NCBI GenBank assembly: GCA_964234715.1
Contig: OZ174280.1
Length of the DNA: 64,000 nucleotides
Reading direction: 5' to 3' (one strand)
Source of the DNA: Podarcis melisellensis
Lineage: Eukaryota
Positions within the stretch are counted from its first letter, which is position 1. Each line of letters begins with the position of its first letter. This document shows positions 48,854-62,523 of the stretch, piece by piece. A program made the translations under genes and the position numbers. The notes below the pieces were generated by a model, which saw only the letters and a list, made by a program, of their open reading frames with translations, did no database searches and had not been told where the DNA came from.

Positions 48854-51800
48854 TAGTGGATTGCTGGGATGCAGCTACCAACATTCTGCTGTCTCATATT
48901 GTGTGTTCCAGTTTTTCTCCAGGGTGTTAGATCAAACTAGCAAATGGCCAAGGAAACTTCTGTTCCACTTGTTGCACAGAAATATTGCAGTTACAGGTAG
49001 CTATGGAAGATGACACCACACAGACACACACAAAGGGTTAGTAAGGGAATTATAGTGCCACATATTCAATGAATTAGTGGGTTCCTTTTCATTCATGGAT
49101 CCCAGACATTCACGACATTATATGTGGCATCTGGTGTGGAGTAAGTGCAGATGTGGGTCCAAAGGAACAATCAGAAGCTTGAACTGGACTCTGCTGATGG
49201 GTGGTGTGTGTGCGCACGCCCAGCTCTAAGAGGGCAAGGAGTTTCTATTGATGGGCAGTCAGGGCACTCCTTGTTCTGGGAGCATTTTGGAGGCATTGGC
49301 TGTATGAAAAATAATTCCCTCATGCGGCCAGTGCCTGAAAATGCATCATTCCCAGCTGGTGGGCAGCAGAAATAACTTATTTACTTTGGCCTATGCTCTG
49401 TCCTTCCCAAAGTTCCAGGCACAGAACTGGCTACACCTCTTGTGCTGTGGTTCCCAAATACCAACAACCAACTGGCTATTGGGTGTTTGGGAATCATGCA
49501 CAAGGGATTTTGACAGATGAGCCAAACAACACAGCTTTCAATCATGGGATTTCTGCAGTGATGTCACAGGTGGATTGTTCTGCCCATCTGTCAAAACTGG
49601 TCCCTGGAGCAGTAAAGATTTTCAACCCCTGTTTTACCATTCATACACTGCATCAAGATCAGCAAGTGTGCCAAAGTGCAATCAAACTTATATTGTTACC
49701 ACATACAGACCCATTCTATTTTATCAAGTGCATTTTTTGGATCAATTGACAATAATGATAATGGTTGATGGGATTTCTGTCGTCATGGTTGATGAGACAT
49801 TCAGTTACAGCTGCAATAGTTAAGAGTTACTAAGGCCTTTCACTGATTCATACTGCATTAATTTGAGACTCAGAACTCTAGTAGTTTGATACTGTGTGTT
49901 CTGGGGAGAAATTATTCTTACTTATATCAGCTTTTCACTCTGTATGTATTTTCATGATACTTTGATGGTTATTTTCTTCTTAAGAATGCCCTGAGACATG
50001 AGACTTTATTATAAGGGCATATGTGTGTGCTTGCCCATGAACCTTTCTCAAAATCAACCTCCCATTGACATTCTGTCTCTTCTGCATTTCTGACAGCATA
50101 GTGGTATTTGCATAGGCTGTCTGCCAGGATTCTGAAAGAAAAATCTTTTCCAAGCTGGGATCATGAGCTGCTTTGTTGTTGTTGTTGTTGTTACTGCCTT
50201 TCATGAGGAGCAACCACTGCATTCTGAGTGGTGCAATAAATAAATAAATATGGCCAGTGTGGGGACAATTATCATAGTGAGACTTTGTTGTCTGGTTTAA
50301 AAAGTATTCTTTGGCAAGTACATCCCATATAAGCAGAGTGAGCTATATCTACAACTGATAGCTCATTCTACATGAGAAAGGCAATAATGTATAGTCGGAT
50401 GTGGTTAAGGTAACTCCCATTCTATGGGACCTGAGGTGCAATTTCTCAGAAAACAAATTTCTGAGCAAGTGAAGGGGGAATCGTAAAGTGTGGTTTTAAT
50501 AACTAAACCTGATCTCATCTCCTTTGGGGTTAAATCATCTTTTGATGTGGACACAATGTCACACCATTAAAGCAGATTAGAGCCACCATTTTACTTATTC
50601 AAAAAATGAGGAGGAAAGGCACCCCCTTTTCTGCCCTGTTTTATAAGTACAACAGGGGTAAATCAAGAGTGTAACACGATCCTAAGAATTTACCCAAATA
50701 TATCATGACCATAAGAATAAGTGCAATCTTTGTATAAGTCATCAGTCACCTTTATGAAACAGGTATTGCCTTCAAGGGCCTTAGTTGCTCCTAATATTGT
50801 CAGGAATATGCTAATAAAAACTGTTTTTAAACAACCTTTTCATTGCCTTAGTTACACATGCTTTCAAGGAAACCAAATCCCATAAATCCTGAAATAGTTC
50901 AGTATAAGAATTTTGCAGAGTGTAAAACTGGCAGGGTTTCACTGGAGTCCAGGGGACTGGGCTGGTTTAGCTCTGTTGAAAGACAGCAGCCCTTGAATGG
51001 AGAGGCAGGAGTAATCAATGGCTTTGCATGCAGTGCCAAACATTTTGCAGATACTATCTGTTGTAAAACTGTCATGGGCAATTTAACCTACAATTCCTGG
51101 CCATCCCAGTTGCTCTGATAATGTCATCAGCCGAGAGATAACCTTGGTGCTTGCTGTTGTCATGGAAGAACTGCCGAAGCCTGCCCAGTTCTTTAGTGAA
51201 ACAATATTTTAAGCTAAATAGCACCTGACACATTGTTGGCACTAAGCACAGGTAAAACAGAAGTTATAGCACTTAGCTATTGCCAAACTTTCACAGATTC
51301 CAGACAACAAGGAGGAGAGACTAAGAAAGACAACCGGTTGGTGAGTTACAGTACCTTATAGGGTACAGCATTGTGAGAATGTAACCATTTCACAGCCCCC
51401 CCCCAGATATACTTACCCCTTCAGAAAAATTCTACTTAAGTCCCAATTTCTGCAGCAAGTAAAACTTCAGTCTCTATTGACTATGCAAATAGAGCAAATT
51501 TGCATATTTATTGAATTTATTTTCTTCTGCATGACCTATTCAGAGCACTGCAATTCTACCTCCTGTATCTCCTATTCAGTCCTACCTCCCCCCTGGAATC
51601 CAAGATTTCACCAGGCATTGCTTGCACACTTTCAAGGCTTGTGGACTAGAAGTTTGCTCTTTTAAAAGGAAAACTGAATTCTCAGGCAGATGCAATTTGC
51701 ATATTGCTGAATCACATGGCTCTGGATATTCAACAACGCCAAAGAAAGTAGAGAAGTGTAATGTTTTAATTCATTTGTTTTTTGTTTTTCAGATCTCGTA

Positions 51801-51916
51801 GATGACCAGGATCTGAGAGCTGACCTTCAAAACCTGCAGATTCCCCCTCCATCTTGGGCTTCCCTCTGCCCCCAAAATCCCTTCCTACATAGGAGTGGCT
51901 GAGCCAGACAGTCTCA

Positions 51917-52196
51917 ATGCCTAAGCACAGCAAAGTGACCCAGAAGGAACAAAGTACTGAGCATGTCACTGAATCAGTGGCTGATCTCCTGGCCCTTGAG
52001 GAGCCTGTGGACTATAGACAGAGTGCCTTAAATGTGGCTGGAGAAAATTGGAACAAGCAGCAGGATGTGGATGACACTGGTGAGGATCGGCCAGCGTGGA
52101 ACAATAAACTGCAGTACATTTTGGCTCAGATTGGCTACTCCGTGGGGCTGGGGAATGTCTGGCGCTTTCCATATTTGTGTCAAAAGAATGGTGGAG
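51917..52196 (+). CDS. SLC6A17: SLC6A17 first coding exon (exon begins at 51793 with 5' UTR)
   Basis: Acceptor ttttcag at 51792; MPKHSK...CQKNGG|gtaagt. Confidence 0.95.
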
Positions 52197-52277
52197 GTAA
52201 GTGAGCAAGGTAGTATAAAAGTCATCTGTTATGGACGCATGTTCTGCTTTCCTAATATAATAATACAAGAGGAAGGG

Positions 52278-52447
52278 AGCATAGGCTTGAAGGCCATAGG
52301 ATGCTATCTCAAAGTGAGGCAGACAATACACAGTACTGACCATGCTGACTGGTAGTAACCCTCTAGGTTTCAGACAGGATCCTTTCCTGGCTCTTCCTGG
52401 AAATTCTGGGTAAATCATGTGCTCAACCATTAAGCTATGGCTTTCCC
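52278..52447 (-). mobile_element. tRNA-derived squamate SINE (Squam3-like), degenerate
   Basis: GGTTTCAGACAGG...CCTGGAAAT...TGCTCAACCATTAAGCTATGGCTTTCCC. Confidence 0.5.
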
Positions 52448-55400
52448 TTCAATGGATTGTTGTAGTCACTAGTCTGCATGATCAGGCAGCTCATTATAGA
52501 GTTAAATGAAGAACTGTTATCCTGAATCTTATGACTTGTCCTAAGTTTATCTATTCTATACAAACCAAGACTACTCCGCCACCACACTCAGCAAGGAAGC
52601 ACTCCTTTCCTGCTTGATAGTGTGCAAGTTTTATTTACCTGGTCATCTTGAGTTCAGGTAACAATTTGTGATGGTGAAAGGCTGCCATTATTCTTGGACT
52701 GTGTCTTTTTTTTAAAACAGCTATGTATTTTCCTTGATTGTGCACTGCAAATCCATGCCTGAACCACACTGAACCATTATTATCTCAAAATATGTGAATA
52801 TATAAACAAGCCCTTGCTACAAAAGGCATTCCTCTATAGCTTGGTAATGATTTATACAAAGTTGAACTCAGTCAACTCTTCTATCTGTTTGAATTTGCCC
52901 TAGTTGAGCTGATTATGCACTGTTAATTTATTTCAGATTTACAGGTTGTGCTCTATTTCCTAACAAATTTGCTTTCCATGGTGTGATTCTTGCTCTCTGT
53001 GACATAGGATGATAATATTCCATTAATCTTTTTCCTTTTTTTAGCCACCAAGTTGCAGGAAAAGCAGATTAAAGGCATAATTGCAAAGGATGACTGTGTA
53101 AGGCATGTTGCCCTTTGGTTGGCTGCACAGATAGAGGTGACCACTGGTGTTTTCCCTCCTATCAAGTGCTGAGTCTTCAATGTGGTCAATAGAACATTAA
53201 ATGAATGGTTGTTGCACCTTGAAGGCTTACCTGCTTGCTATTAAGCTTATGCTTCCTGGATTATCCATGGATGAAGCAAAGTGCTGGCTGAGTATCAGTT
53301 GGGTGTAATGCAACAGGAATGGATTATTGATAGATAGATGCTTTTGTGATAAATGCAATTCCTTGGTTGATAATGTCCATATCGCTTCTTGGTCCAGCAA
53401 GCCTTTTCTGCTAAAAAATACTGCTGTATGTGAAAGTAGTAATTTGTGTGTTGTTTTCTTCCCAGTAATAAAGTGTGCATATGTCTGGCAGAGAGAACAG
53501 ATTTTCATTAGGAAAAGGGTGGTATTGGGCCAATTCTTTGGAACATTGTGTGCTCAAGAACTTACAGAATGCTGCTGCATGGGTTGAAAGCTTTTTTGAA
53601 AGCTGAACACCCAGGTTAGGGTTGCAATCGGGAACCTTCTAATTGTACCTGTAATCTTGTTACAAAACCTGGTTTTCCCATTATGTGTACTGATGGCTAC
53701 TGTGTGCCCTAAATGTGTAGGAAGCACCTGAGTTTCTCTGTCAGCTGACTTGTCTGTCTTTGGAACTGGAGTGCATTGCTTTGCTAGTGTAGATGGAATT
53801 TTGAAAGCCATTGCCTATTGGGGTCACCAGAGTCAGAGGCAATGATGTAATAAAAGACAAGGCAGTTCCAGGCTCCAGGGAAGGAGGTAGACAAGGACTA
53901 GAAGCAGATGACTGGGTCAAGAGGCCCCAGACTAGGCAGAAAAGAAGTTTGAGGCAAGGGAGCTGGGGTGGCTGCTTAGGGTAACGAACCAAACCAGTCA
54001 ACAGTTACATAGAACCAGCCAGGCCCTTACTGGTTCCTCTGACCTAACTTGGTTGGAGAGCAGCCATGCTGTCTCTGACCAGGACTGGCCCAATATATTT
54101 TGCTGCCTTAGGCAAAGGACAAGATGGCACCACACCATTTCCCAGAGAGAAGCTGACTGGACTGGCGGTACTAGCAATGGAGCAGTGTTCGTCATAATGC
54201 CTGAAGGCAGCAGGGTAGAGAAACGGCTCTGCCCTCTGACAGAAAGCACCACGGAGACGAAGCCAATCACTCACTTCTTCTGCTGTCTAAATTACATGAG
54301 ATGTGAAGTTGCATGTTTAAATAAGAGTCTTCAGTCTGGCTGCTTTTTCTTTAAAATAGAAGGGGCCCTGATCCAGAATGTCATCCAGATCAAGGCCCTG
54401 CAGTGGTTTTCTGCTTAAAAAACACCCTTACCTGTTTGCTCTTGGTCTCCACAGTTTCTGTTTCTTGGTATGCTGTGAAATGGTTGGTTTTCTTTATTAT
54501 TTTTTGAGGTCTTTTTCATATTTATTAATATTATTATGAGCCCTGCTGGAAATTATTTTAAATAGTGCCTTGGAGGAGTTTTATGCAGAGTACTGAGTTT
54601 GAGTTTACGGTAGCTTGTGCTAACAGTGGTTGCTTTCAGAGTCCTGAAATGCTTCGGGAGGAAAGGTGAGATATAATAATAATAATAATAATAATAGAAA
54701 TAGAAATAAAAATAAAAATAAATTAATTGTACCTAAGACCTTTTTCTAAAGGGGAAAAAAGAAACCTGGTTGTCATTTGCTTTGATCAGAGTCTTCCAGT
54801 GGATTCTTGTCAGGAGCTGACCCAGTTGTGTGAAGGATTTTTATATCTTTTTGAGAAGCTGTGAGTTGTGTCAAGAATTAACTCGGTGATGTTGTGCTGG
54901 GTGCACTTAATCATTTCCAGCCTGCTTATCTGACTACCCTGAATATGAAGCAGGATCAAAATCCTGCCTACACAGCTTTCCTGTCTTATTAGAATTATGA
55001 ACGTGCCAGGAATATTGATTTTTTTTTTTTGCTTTGAGTTTTTGGTCAACAGCTCAGATTTCCAGCATGAGAGTTTTTTGCCTCTCTGGCCAACTGTTTA
55101 TATTTCTTAGACTGCCCATTTGTTTCGTACTCTCTTCAACTAGCCAGAGATATATGGCCCTGCTATTTAAGTAGAGTCCTTTATGAAGCATTTTTATCTA
55201 GCCCTTCCAGGAATTGTTCTCTTTAATTGCATAGCTGGCACTGGAACAGCCATTGTGAAGGCAGAAAATAACCACACTGTATATACATTTATATATGGAG
55301 TGTTAAAGTGATCCTGTGCGTTGAAGTTGTATTAACCTCTCCCTCTATTGTCACAGCACCATTTTAAATTAGGAGACTTGCTTAAAATAATGTTTAGAGA

Positions 55401-55547
55401 CAAATGCTAACTGGAGCTGATGAGAGTTGGATGGACCATACAAGTAAGAAGTGATTGTCTCCTAGGAGCAGTCATGGTCACCTTCTCATGCTGGGACCTG
55501 TGTGATCAAAGACGGGCATCTCTAATGACCTTTTTCTTTCTTGTCAG

Positions 55548-55705
55548 GTGCCTATCTGGTTCCATATCTTGTATTGCTCATCCTCATCGGCATCCCTCTC
55601 TTCTTTCTGGAGTTGGCTGTTGGCCAGAGGATCCGCCGGGGCAGTATAGGAGTGTGGAATTACGTCTGCCCTCGGTTGGGGGGCATTGGATTTGCCAGCT
55701 GCCTT
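55548..55705 (+). CDS. SLC6A17: SLC6A17 coding exon 2
   Basis: cag|[11 protein letters not shown]...GGIGFASCL|gtaagt. Confidence 0.95.
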
Positions 55706-56534
55706 GTAAGTGCTTGTAGAAGGCTTGTGGTGGCTTTGGGATGATAGACAGGTGGTCTTCCATATGTACTGTCTAGCAGACATGTGCATAATAGACCCAT
55801 TTCCCACTGTAAAGAGAGCTTAGTTATTGCAGAATATAATTAGAAGATACCAGCCTGTGAAGGTGGTTGGTTAGAAGCTCAAGACTGATGCCTTGAAGAG
55901 TTCTTTCCCCCAACTATGGAACAGGATCAGACATTTACCATCAAGTTCTGATTTCTTTTGATTTCTCCACATGATCCTATATATATCTGAACTAGGATGT
56001 GCCCTTCAAGAATGTGCCCTAACTGATCCACTGTTCACACCTGTCAAAATAAACCTCTTTGTAGTTTAGTCCCGATGATTCACTCTGCAGAGGGTCAAGT
56101 GATGGGCAGGTGGTGCTAGCAAAAAGACCATTTCCCCTCTGGCATTGATACTGGAACTCAAGCTTAGCGCCACAACTCACTCATGCCCCCTAAGCACCAT
56201 TGTGCCATTCATCATCTTATATATAAACTGCTGGGATGGCAACCAAAGCCCCTTGATTGATGTGGCCCTGGATCACCTGTGCAAGAGCAACACTGCTTCC
56301 TTGATATCTGGCAATTTTAAGGGAAACAATCACTGGACATGCCCACATCACAGGACAGAGCAGAGTTTGAGAATGCATGGGGAGACAAGAGGAAAGAGAA
56401 GTCCCATTGCATAGCATTGGATATAACCCAGTGCATTTCAATGTTCCATTCTCCACCATTCATTTTAGTATCACTTTGTTTGGAAATACGTTTTGCTTTC
56501 CAGGATCCAAACATTTTCATTCTCCTGTTGCCAG

Positions 56535-56661
56535 GTCTGCTTGTTTGTTGGGCTCTACTACAATGTGATCATAGGATGGAGCATCTTTTACTTTTTTAAA
56601 TCCTTCCAGTACCCGCTGCCTTGGAGCGAGTGCCCCGTCATAAGGAATGGCACGGTGGCAA
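56535..56661 (+). CDS. SLC6A17: SLC6A17 coding exon 3
   Basis: cag|[15 protein letters not shown]...[10 protein letters not shown]|gtgagt. Confidence 0.95.
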
Positions 56662-57397
56662 GTGAGTCCTTTCTCTTTACTGCTTTGCATGTGGTAGAAG
56701 GGAAATGAGCCACACTTCTTTGGGTGATGAACGGTGTTCAGCTCTGTGACTTCTAATCTTCCAGAATCTTATAATTCAAATGTGATAGTTGTTGCAGTAG
56801 TAATCAATGTTGGCTGATGCCACACAGCACAGATGAGTGGATGCATTCATTTATCCTTTTCCATCATTGTGGGTCCCAAGGAGAAATAAGTCTTCACTTG
56901 CCTGTACTCTGTAGTTACTATAGTTAGGTAATTCAACATTACTTTCTCTAGGGGTGTTGAGAGTAGTGGCAGAGAAAGACCTTCCAGTCAACAACTTAAC
57001 AATAGTTCAGGTTTGTTTCCAGCTGATAGGGTGTGGGAATTGTGTTTGGGCATTGGTTGGCAGGAAATGGATACTTTCCAAAGAATGCTATAGAGACACT
57101 CTGGAGGTTAATGGAGCATTTAATAGAATGTGAACATCTCCCAGAATATATATAAATCTTTTATAGTGGGTGTAAATTGCCCCATTTATTTAACTTTTAG
57201 TTTCAGTGGCAAGATCTTGGATTCTTTTTCCTTTCTCCTAATGTGAACTTCGGCATCCTTCCTGAAGTGCCCTATGAATGCTTGTCTCTCCTACTTAGCC
57301 TTTAAATGCTGCCTTGCTTTGCTGTGGCACAGGTGTGTCTAAATGAGAAGTCAAAGCATGTAAAAAAAACAACTCCATAGCTTTTGTCCCTTTTCAG

Positions 57398-57579
57398 CCG
57401 TGGAACCAGAATGCGACAAAAGCTCTGCTACTACTTACTTCTGGTACCGGGATGCCCTGGACATCTCCAACTCCATTAATGAGAGTGGTGGACTTAACTG
57501 GAGAATGACTTTATGCCTCCTGGCCGCTTGGAGCATTGTAGGCTTGGCCATGATCAAAGGAATTCAGTCTTCAGGAAAG
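57398..57579 (+). CDS. SLC6A17: SLC6A17 coding exon 4
   Basis: cag|[17 protein letters not shown]...KGIQSSGK|gtaagt. Confidence 0.95.
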
Positions 57580-57663
57580 GTAAGTGTTGATGGTGGCAGC
57601 CCAAAGCAGAACAGAGATTGCCAGAACCTACAACAGGTGGACCCACTTATAAAGTGGTGGATC

Positions 57664-57784
57664 CAGGGATGGGAAACCTGTGGCTCTCCAGATGGTGCTG
57701 GACTACAACTCCCATCATCCCTGCCCATTGGCCATGTTGGCTGGGGCTGACAACGTCTGGAGGGCCACAGCTTCCCCATCCCAG
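57664..57784. mobile_element. Lizard hAT-type palindromic MITE
   Basis: CAGGGATGGGAAACCTGTGGCTCTCCAGA...TCTGGAGGGCCACAGCTTCCCCATCCCAG. Confidence 0.8.
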
Positions 57785-58250
57785 ACGTACAGGTTACAGA
57801 AGACAATAACTGCTGTATGGGACACAATCTTGTAGCCAGGAACAAAGTTTTCAGCAGCTTCCACACATCCTGAATGGTTCATGGGGCCCAGGTAACCACA
57901 ATGAAATAAGAAGCTAAGAAAAAGGAAAGGGTGAACACTTTTTCTTCCCAACCATCTTGTCCAGGAGGGCTTGCTCCATTTTGCTTGGCCTGTGCCTCAG
58001 AGCAGCCACCTGAAAGTAAGAATAACACGTGAGAGAGCCCATAGTTGAATGAATGAAGTCAGTGGTACCCGATAGCAATCAGAGGCACAGCTTCCTCTCT
58101 TTTGGGATACAGCTGCTCAGTTTACCTATCTTAGGGTAGATCCACATCAAACCAATTAGCAGTCACTTATTTCCCCATGGAGAACCACAGGAATTGTAGT
58201 TCTGTTTGGGGAGAGGGCTCAGGATCTCTAACAGTGAATTCATCAAAGTA

Positions 58251-58595
58251 CCACATTGGCCTGAATATAAGCCACACCTGAATATAAGCCACTCTTTTAA
58301 AATTGGAGGGGAGGTAATAAAAATTAAAAATACCCAAATATAAGCAGCTCCCTTCCTCACTGCTCCTGGCTGCATACTAGGGGAGGGGGCTGTGTTGCGT
58401 TGCCAGCGGCCTTTCCCCTTCCTTGCTCTCTCCCTTCCCAGTCTTGGGGGAGAGGATGGGGAACTACGCATGGGGCAGGCGCCACTTCACCATGCTCCTA
58501 GCTCCATACCATATGGTCGCGAATATAATCCACACTTTAACTTTTCATGGTTAGAATTTGGGCAAAAAGTGCAGCTTATATTTAGGCCAATACGG
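58251..58595. mobile_element. Tc1/mariner MITE nested in an older repeat
   Basis: TA|CCACATTGGCCTGAATATAAGC...GCTTATATTTAGGCCAATACGG|TA. Confidence 0.82.
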
Positions 58596-58768
58596 TATCT
58601 CACCAAACTACAGTTCCCAAAATGCTTTGTAGAAAGAAAAATACTGACAGAAGTTTCCAGTAGGGTAGATTTGGGCTTATTGTTCATCCTTAAGACTTCC
58701 TTTATATACAGTCTACTGCTGGATTATATAAAGGAGGATCTCCCGCTTTCTCTCCCTCTCCCACTCAG

Positions 58769-58879
58769 GTGATGTATTTCAGCTCCCTTTTCCCTTACGT
58801 GGTACTGATCTGTTTCCTGGTCCGGGGATTGCTCTTGAGGGGGGCGATAGATGGGATTCTGCACATGTTCACTCCCAAG
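58769..58879 (+). CDS. SLC6A17: SLC6A17 coding exon 5
   Basis: cag|[13 protein letters not shown]...LHMFTPK|gtaagc. Confidence 0.95.
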
Positions 58880-59484
58880 GTAAGCCCACCACACTCACCA
58901 TGTGCCTTTAGACCAGTCAGAGAAATGTCTCTTACTGGGAACTATAGCTAGCAAGAATCCTATGTCTCTGGTGATCATCACAATCCATGTCCTATGTTAA
59001 ACTGATGCCTCTGTGGCCCTGCCTGGATGGCACCAGAGCAGAGCAAATTTTACGTAGGTGTAGGTGTTGCTTTTTTAGACAATGGTGCTACTCTCTCTGA
59101 AACTGAAATGCTGAAGATTAATTGCTTTGGGCATGCCAGTCCAGGTCTGTTTCATTATTCTTCCTGCTTGGGTCAGAATTGTACCAAATTAACCAGGTTT
59201 GTCAAAGGACAGCTGCAAAATGGATCAACTCGTTAGCTGCTTAATTAATTCATTAAACAAAGAAGTAGGTGATTGAAATTATGAAGCTGGCATTAATCCT
59301 GATTAATTTTGAATAAGATATTCTAAAATACAAGCCCCAGTGTCCAAGTTCTCATTGTAGGTAGAATGATTAGCAGCCACACACCTTCCATTTGCAATAC
59401 TGTGCAGGCATCTCCATCAGGTTAGTCCAGATTCTTGGCAGCAGAAGGTCCCACCGGTATCACACTACACACAATCAGCATGCA

Positions 59485-59546
59485 ATGGATGCTTTAGCTG
59501 AGATTCCTGCATTGCAGGGGTTCGACTAGATGACCCTATGATTCTA
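59485..59546 (+). mobile_element. CR1 extreme 3' fragment
   Basis: GATTCCTGCATTGCAGGGGGTTCGACTAGATGACCCTATGATTCTA. Confidence 0.7.
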
Positions 59547-60282
59547 ATTTGGTAGGGCTCACTTTCCATGCCACAAACCATGGTGGACTGAAAAGGAGTA
59601 AAGTGCTTAATAGTTTGCTAGTACATTAGTTTGCAGAGAGCACTTGCATAGCTTGCTAGCATAAATGTGACTGTCCTGTGCAGTCTATTAAGTGCATTCT
59701 TTAAGCAGCAATCCATAATCAATAAGGTTAATCAAGCTTTTCTTGATAAAGGGGTGGGGGCTAATTCTAACTGGCAGGGGTCATTTTGAAACACTGAGTT
59801 TGTTTTTTCTCAACTTTCATTTGGACACTACCTGTGTTTTCAAGCTTTCTTCCATAGGAATCATAACGGATAGTGTTTTTTTGTTTTTGTTTTGCTTTTC
59901 TCTTTTAAAAGATCATGACATTTTTTTCAGGGAATGATATTCCATACCTAGCTGGGTAAACCCACAAAGTGCACAGGCAGTAAAAAATCTAAAATGCAAT
60001 GAAGAATAGGGCATTCACAGTTCTGCATCTGAGATCCATTTATTTCTATGGGACCTGATTCCCTTTCTATTGTGCCCTTAGGAATCAATAATTGAGTCAA
60101 CAGAGGAGAAAGATAGAGAGCTGTCTCTAGCATATGCACAAAGAACAGATACCCAGGCAATGGTGTGCTGTTCTCAGCTGCTAGTGTTATACATTTAAAT
60201 CTAAATGTGCCATATGTGTACCAAGCCGGGCATCTCTGATGCAGGATGGATGACTTGGCTTCCCTCTCATCTCTCCTTACAG

Positions 60283-60524
60283 CTAGATAAAATGTTGGAT
60301 ATCCAGGTGTGGCGGGAAGCAGCCACTCAGGTCTTCTTTGCCCTCGGACTGGGCTTTGGCGGAGTTATTGCTTTTTCCAGTTACAACAAGCAGGACAATA
60401 ACTGCCACTTCGATGCAGCCTTGGTCTCCTTCATCAACTTCTTCACCTCCATTTTGGCCACACTGGTAGTCTTTGCTGTGCTGGGCTTCAAAGCCAATGT
60501 CATGAATGAAAAATGTGTGGTTGA
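60283..60524 (+). CDS. SLC6A17: SLC6A17 coding exon 6
   Basis: cag|[27 protein letters not shown]...NEKCVV|gtaagt. Confidence 0.95.
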
Positions 60525-60825
60525 GTAAGTACTTGTTCCAGTCTCTCCCTCCCTCCCTCTCTCCCTCTCTCTTCCCAAAAGGCTTCTCTAGAGGGCACAA
60601 CCACAGCAGCTATCTATTTTTCAGGGTACCTTATAGTTACTTTAAAAAAGCATCCAGTGCAGTGGGTGCAATTCTGTTCTGGCCTGAAGCTTTGATAGCC
60701 AGAAACTGCAGTTTCCTTCTGGCCAGGTGGCAACCTAGAGTGCTCGCTGGAACTAGGAAAGCAGCTTTTCACCTTATTATTTTTGCAGAATGTGCTGTGA
60801 AGTAATTGGACTAAATCCTGCCACT

Positions 60826-61058
60826 TCATTCATTCATTCATTCATTCATTCAGTATTATTCAGTATTATTCATTCAGCTCATTCCTTCACAATTTCTTCC
60901 CCTCCATTTTATCCTCACGACAACCCTGTTAGGTAGGTTAGGCTCAGAGACTGTGACTGACTCACCCAGTGAACTTCATGGCTGAGTGGGAACCAGAACC
61001 CTGGTCCCCTTTGTCCTAGTCTGACATTCTTAATTAATCACTGCACCACACTGGCTTC
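60826..61058 (-). mobile_element. MIR/CORE-like SINE with (CATT)n tail
   Basis: ATCCTCACGACAACCCTGTTAGGTAGGTTAGGCTCAGAGA core followed by a tRNA-like head on the minus strand. Confidence 0.7.
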
Positions 61059-61175
61059 CATCAACTGCTGGGGTTCATTTTGCCTGTTTTGCTGGAAGAA
61101 GATGCCCTTCACCTGGGACAGGGTGAACAAGGCCAGGCAATGGCTCTGTAATGACCTTTAGCTTCTCCTCCATAG

Positions 61176-61368
61176 GAACGCTGAGAAGATTCTGGGTTAT
61201 CTGAATACCAATGTCCTCAGCCATGCACTCATCCCACCCCAAGTGAACTTCTCCCATCTCACGGCCAAAGACTACACCGAGATGTATGGTGTGATAAAGA
61301 CAGTAAAGAAGGATCATTTTGATAAGCTGGGCCTGGATCCTTGTCTACTGGAAGATGAGCTTAACAAG
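61176..61368 (+). CDS. SLC6A17: SLC6A17 coding exon 7
   Basis: tag|NAEKILGYLNTNVLS...DPCLLEDELNK|gtatgt. Confidence 0.95.
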
Positions 61369-61847
61369 GTATGTTTATAGCCAGACTTGCTTTACACAGT
61401 ATATTTATAGCTGGGCTTGCTTCTCATGGTCATTTTCGACCCTAGATGCTGGTTCCGCTCTTGTGCATCACTGAAGTCTCAGAGCGAGTCAACTTGCTTG
61501 GGAAGAGCACATGGTAGAGCTCTCTTGGGATTGTACCACTTCTGCATGGTGCAAGTGGGGGATCTCATGCTCATACGCACCCCATTTTCTTGTTAAAAAG
61601 CAACCACCTCTCATTGCATATAGAAAATTAACACCTTGCATATAGAAAATTAGCATATTAGGGAGAAGGCTAAGGCAGAAAGCTTGTGATTTCTGTTTAA
61701 GATCACTCTTGGTTGCAGTTCTTACCATGTGCTGATGAAGACTTCACTGACATAAGGAATAAGGAACCAAAGTATGTCAAAATCATTGCAAGAATTGAGC
61801 TTGTGAGAGGTGGCCGACTATAACAGTCTTATGGAACAGATGTGTTT

Positions 61848-62020
61848 GGGTGCTATGAATAGTAGAGCCTATGTTTCGTATGCTGAAGTTTTCAAGTTTA
61901 TTCCCCAGCATCTCCAGGTGGGGGTGGGAGTGTCCCTTGTCTGAAAACCTCAAGAGCATCTGATGCTGAGCTAGATGGACCATTGGTCTGACTTGGTTTA
62001 AGAAAGACTCCTGTCTTCCT
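61848..62020 (+). mobile_element. tRNA-derived squamate SINE (Squam3-like)
   Basis: CCCCAGCATCTCCAGGT...TGTCTGAAAACC...CTGAGCTAGATGGACCATTGGTCTGACT. Confidence 0.65.
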
Positions 62021-62330
62021 GAGATTACTGAGGGAGGTGAAACTGAGAAATGAATACATCATGTAATTTCTATGGGATACATGCATTGAAAAGTCACAAC
62101 TTTCTATGACTTCTCAGAACATGTACATATGTAGTGAAACATATGCTTGTGCAATCATTTGTATGCATTATGCATCATTTTCCTTATACCCACAATGGTT
62201 TGGCTGTTTGGTTCTGAGAGCCTGTGATTTTACAGATAGAAATCTATTTACATGAATACATGCACACCTGCTTTTATGATGTAATCTTCTGCCCAGAGTA
62301 ACATAAGCATCTTCTTTTGGCTGTGTACAG

Positions 62331-62523
62331 TCAGTGCAGGGAACTGGCCTTGCATTCATAGCTTTCACAGAAGCAATGACCCACTTTCCAGCTTCTCCTT
62401 TCTGGTCAGTGATGTTCTTCTTGATGCTGATAAACCTGGGTTTGGGGAGCATGATTGGGACCATGGCTGGCATCACCACACCCATCATTGACATGTTCAA
62501 AGTGCGCAAGGAAGCATTAACAG
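62331..62523 (+). CDS. SLC6A17: SLC6A17 coding exon 8
   Basis: cag|[20 protein letters not shown]...KVRKEALT|gtaagt. Confidence 0.95.

Larger units (their letters stand above)
51917..62523 (+). other. SLC6A17: SLC6A17 (NTT4/XT1, SLC6 neutral amino-acid transporter) partial coding span; continues beyond the window
   Basis: 8 GT-AG exons in consistent phase; N-terminus [11 protein letters not shown]...[15 protein letters not shown] is diagnostic for SLC6A17; SNF signature [18 protein letters not shown]. Confidence 0.95.

Noticed and set aside
54245-54257. RE1/NRSE-like AGCACCACGGAGA in an SLC6A17 intron
   Set aside because: It lacks the 5' TTC and 3' GCGCC positions; only a partial match.
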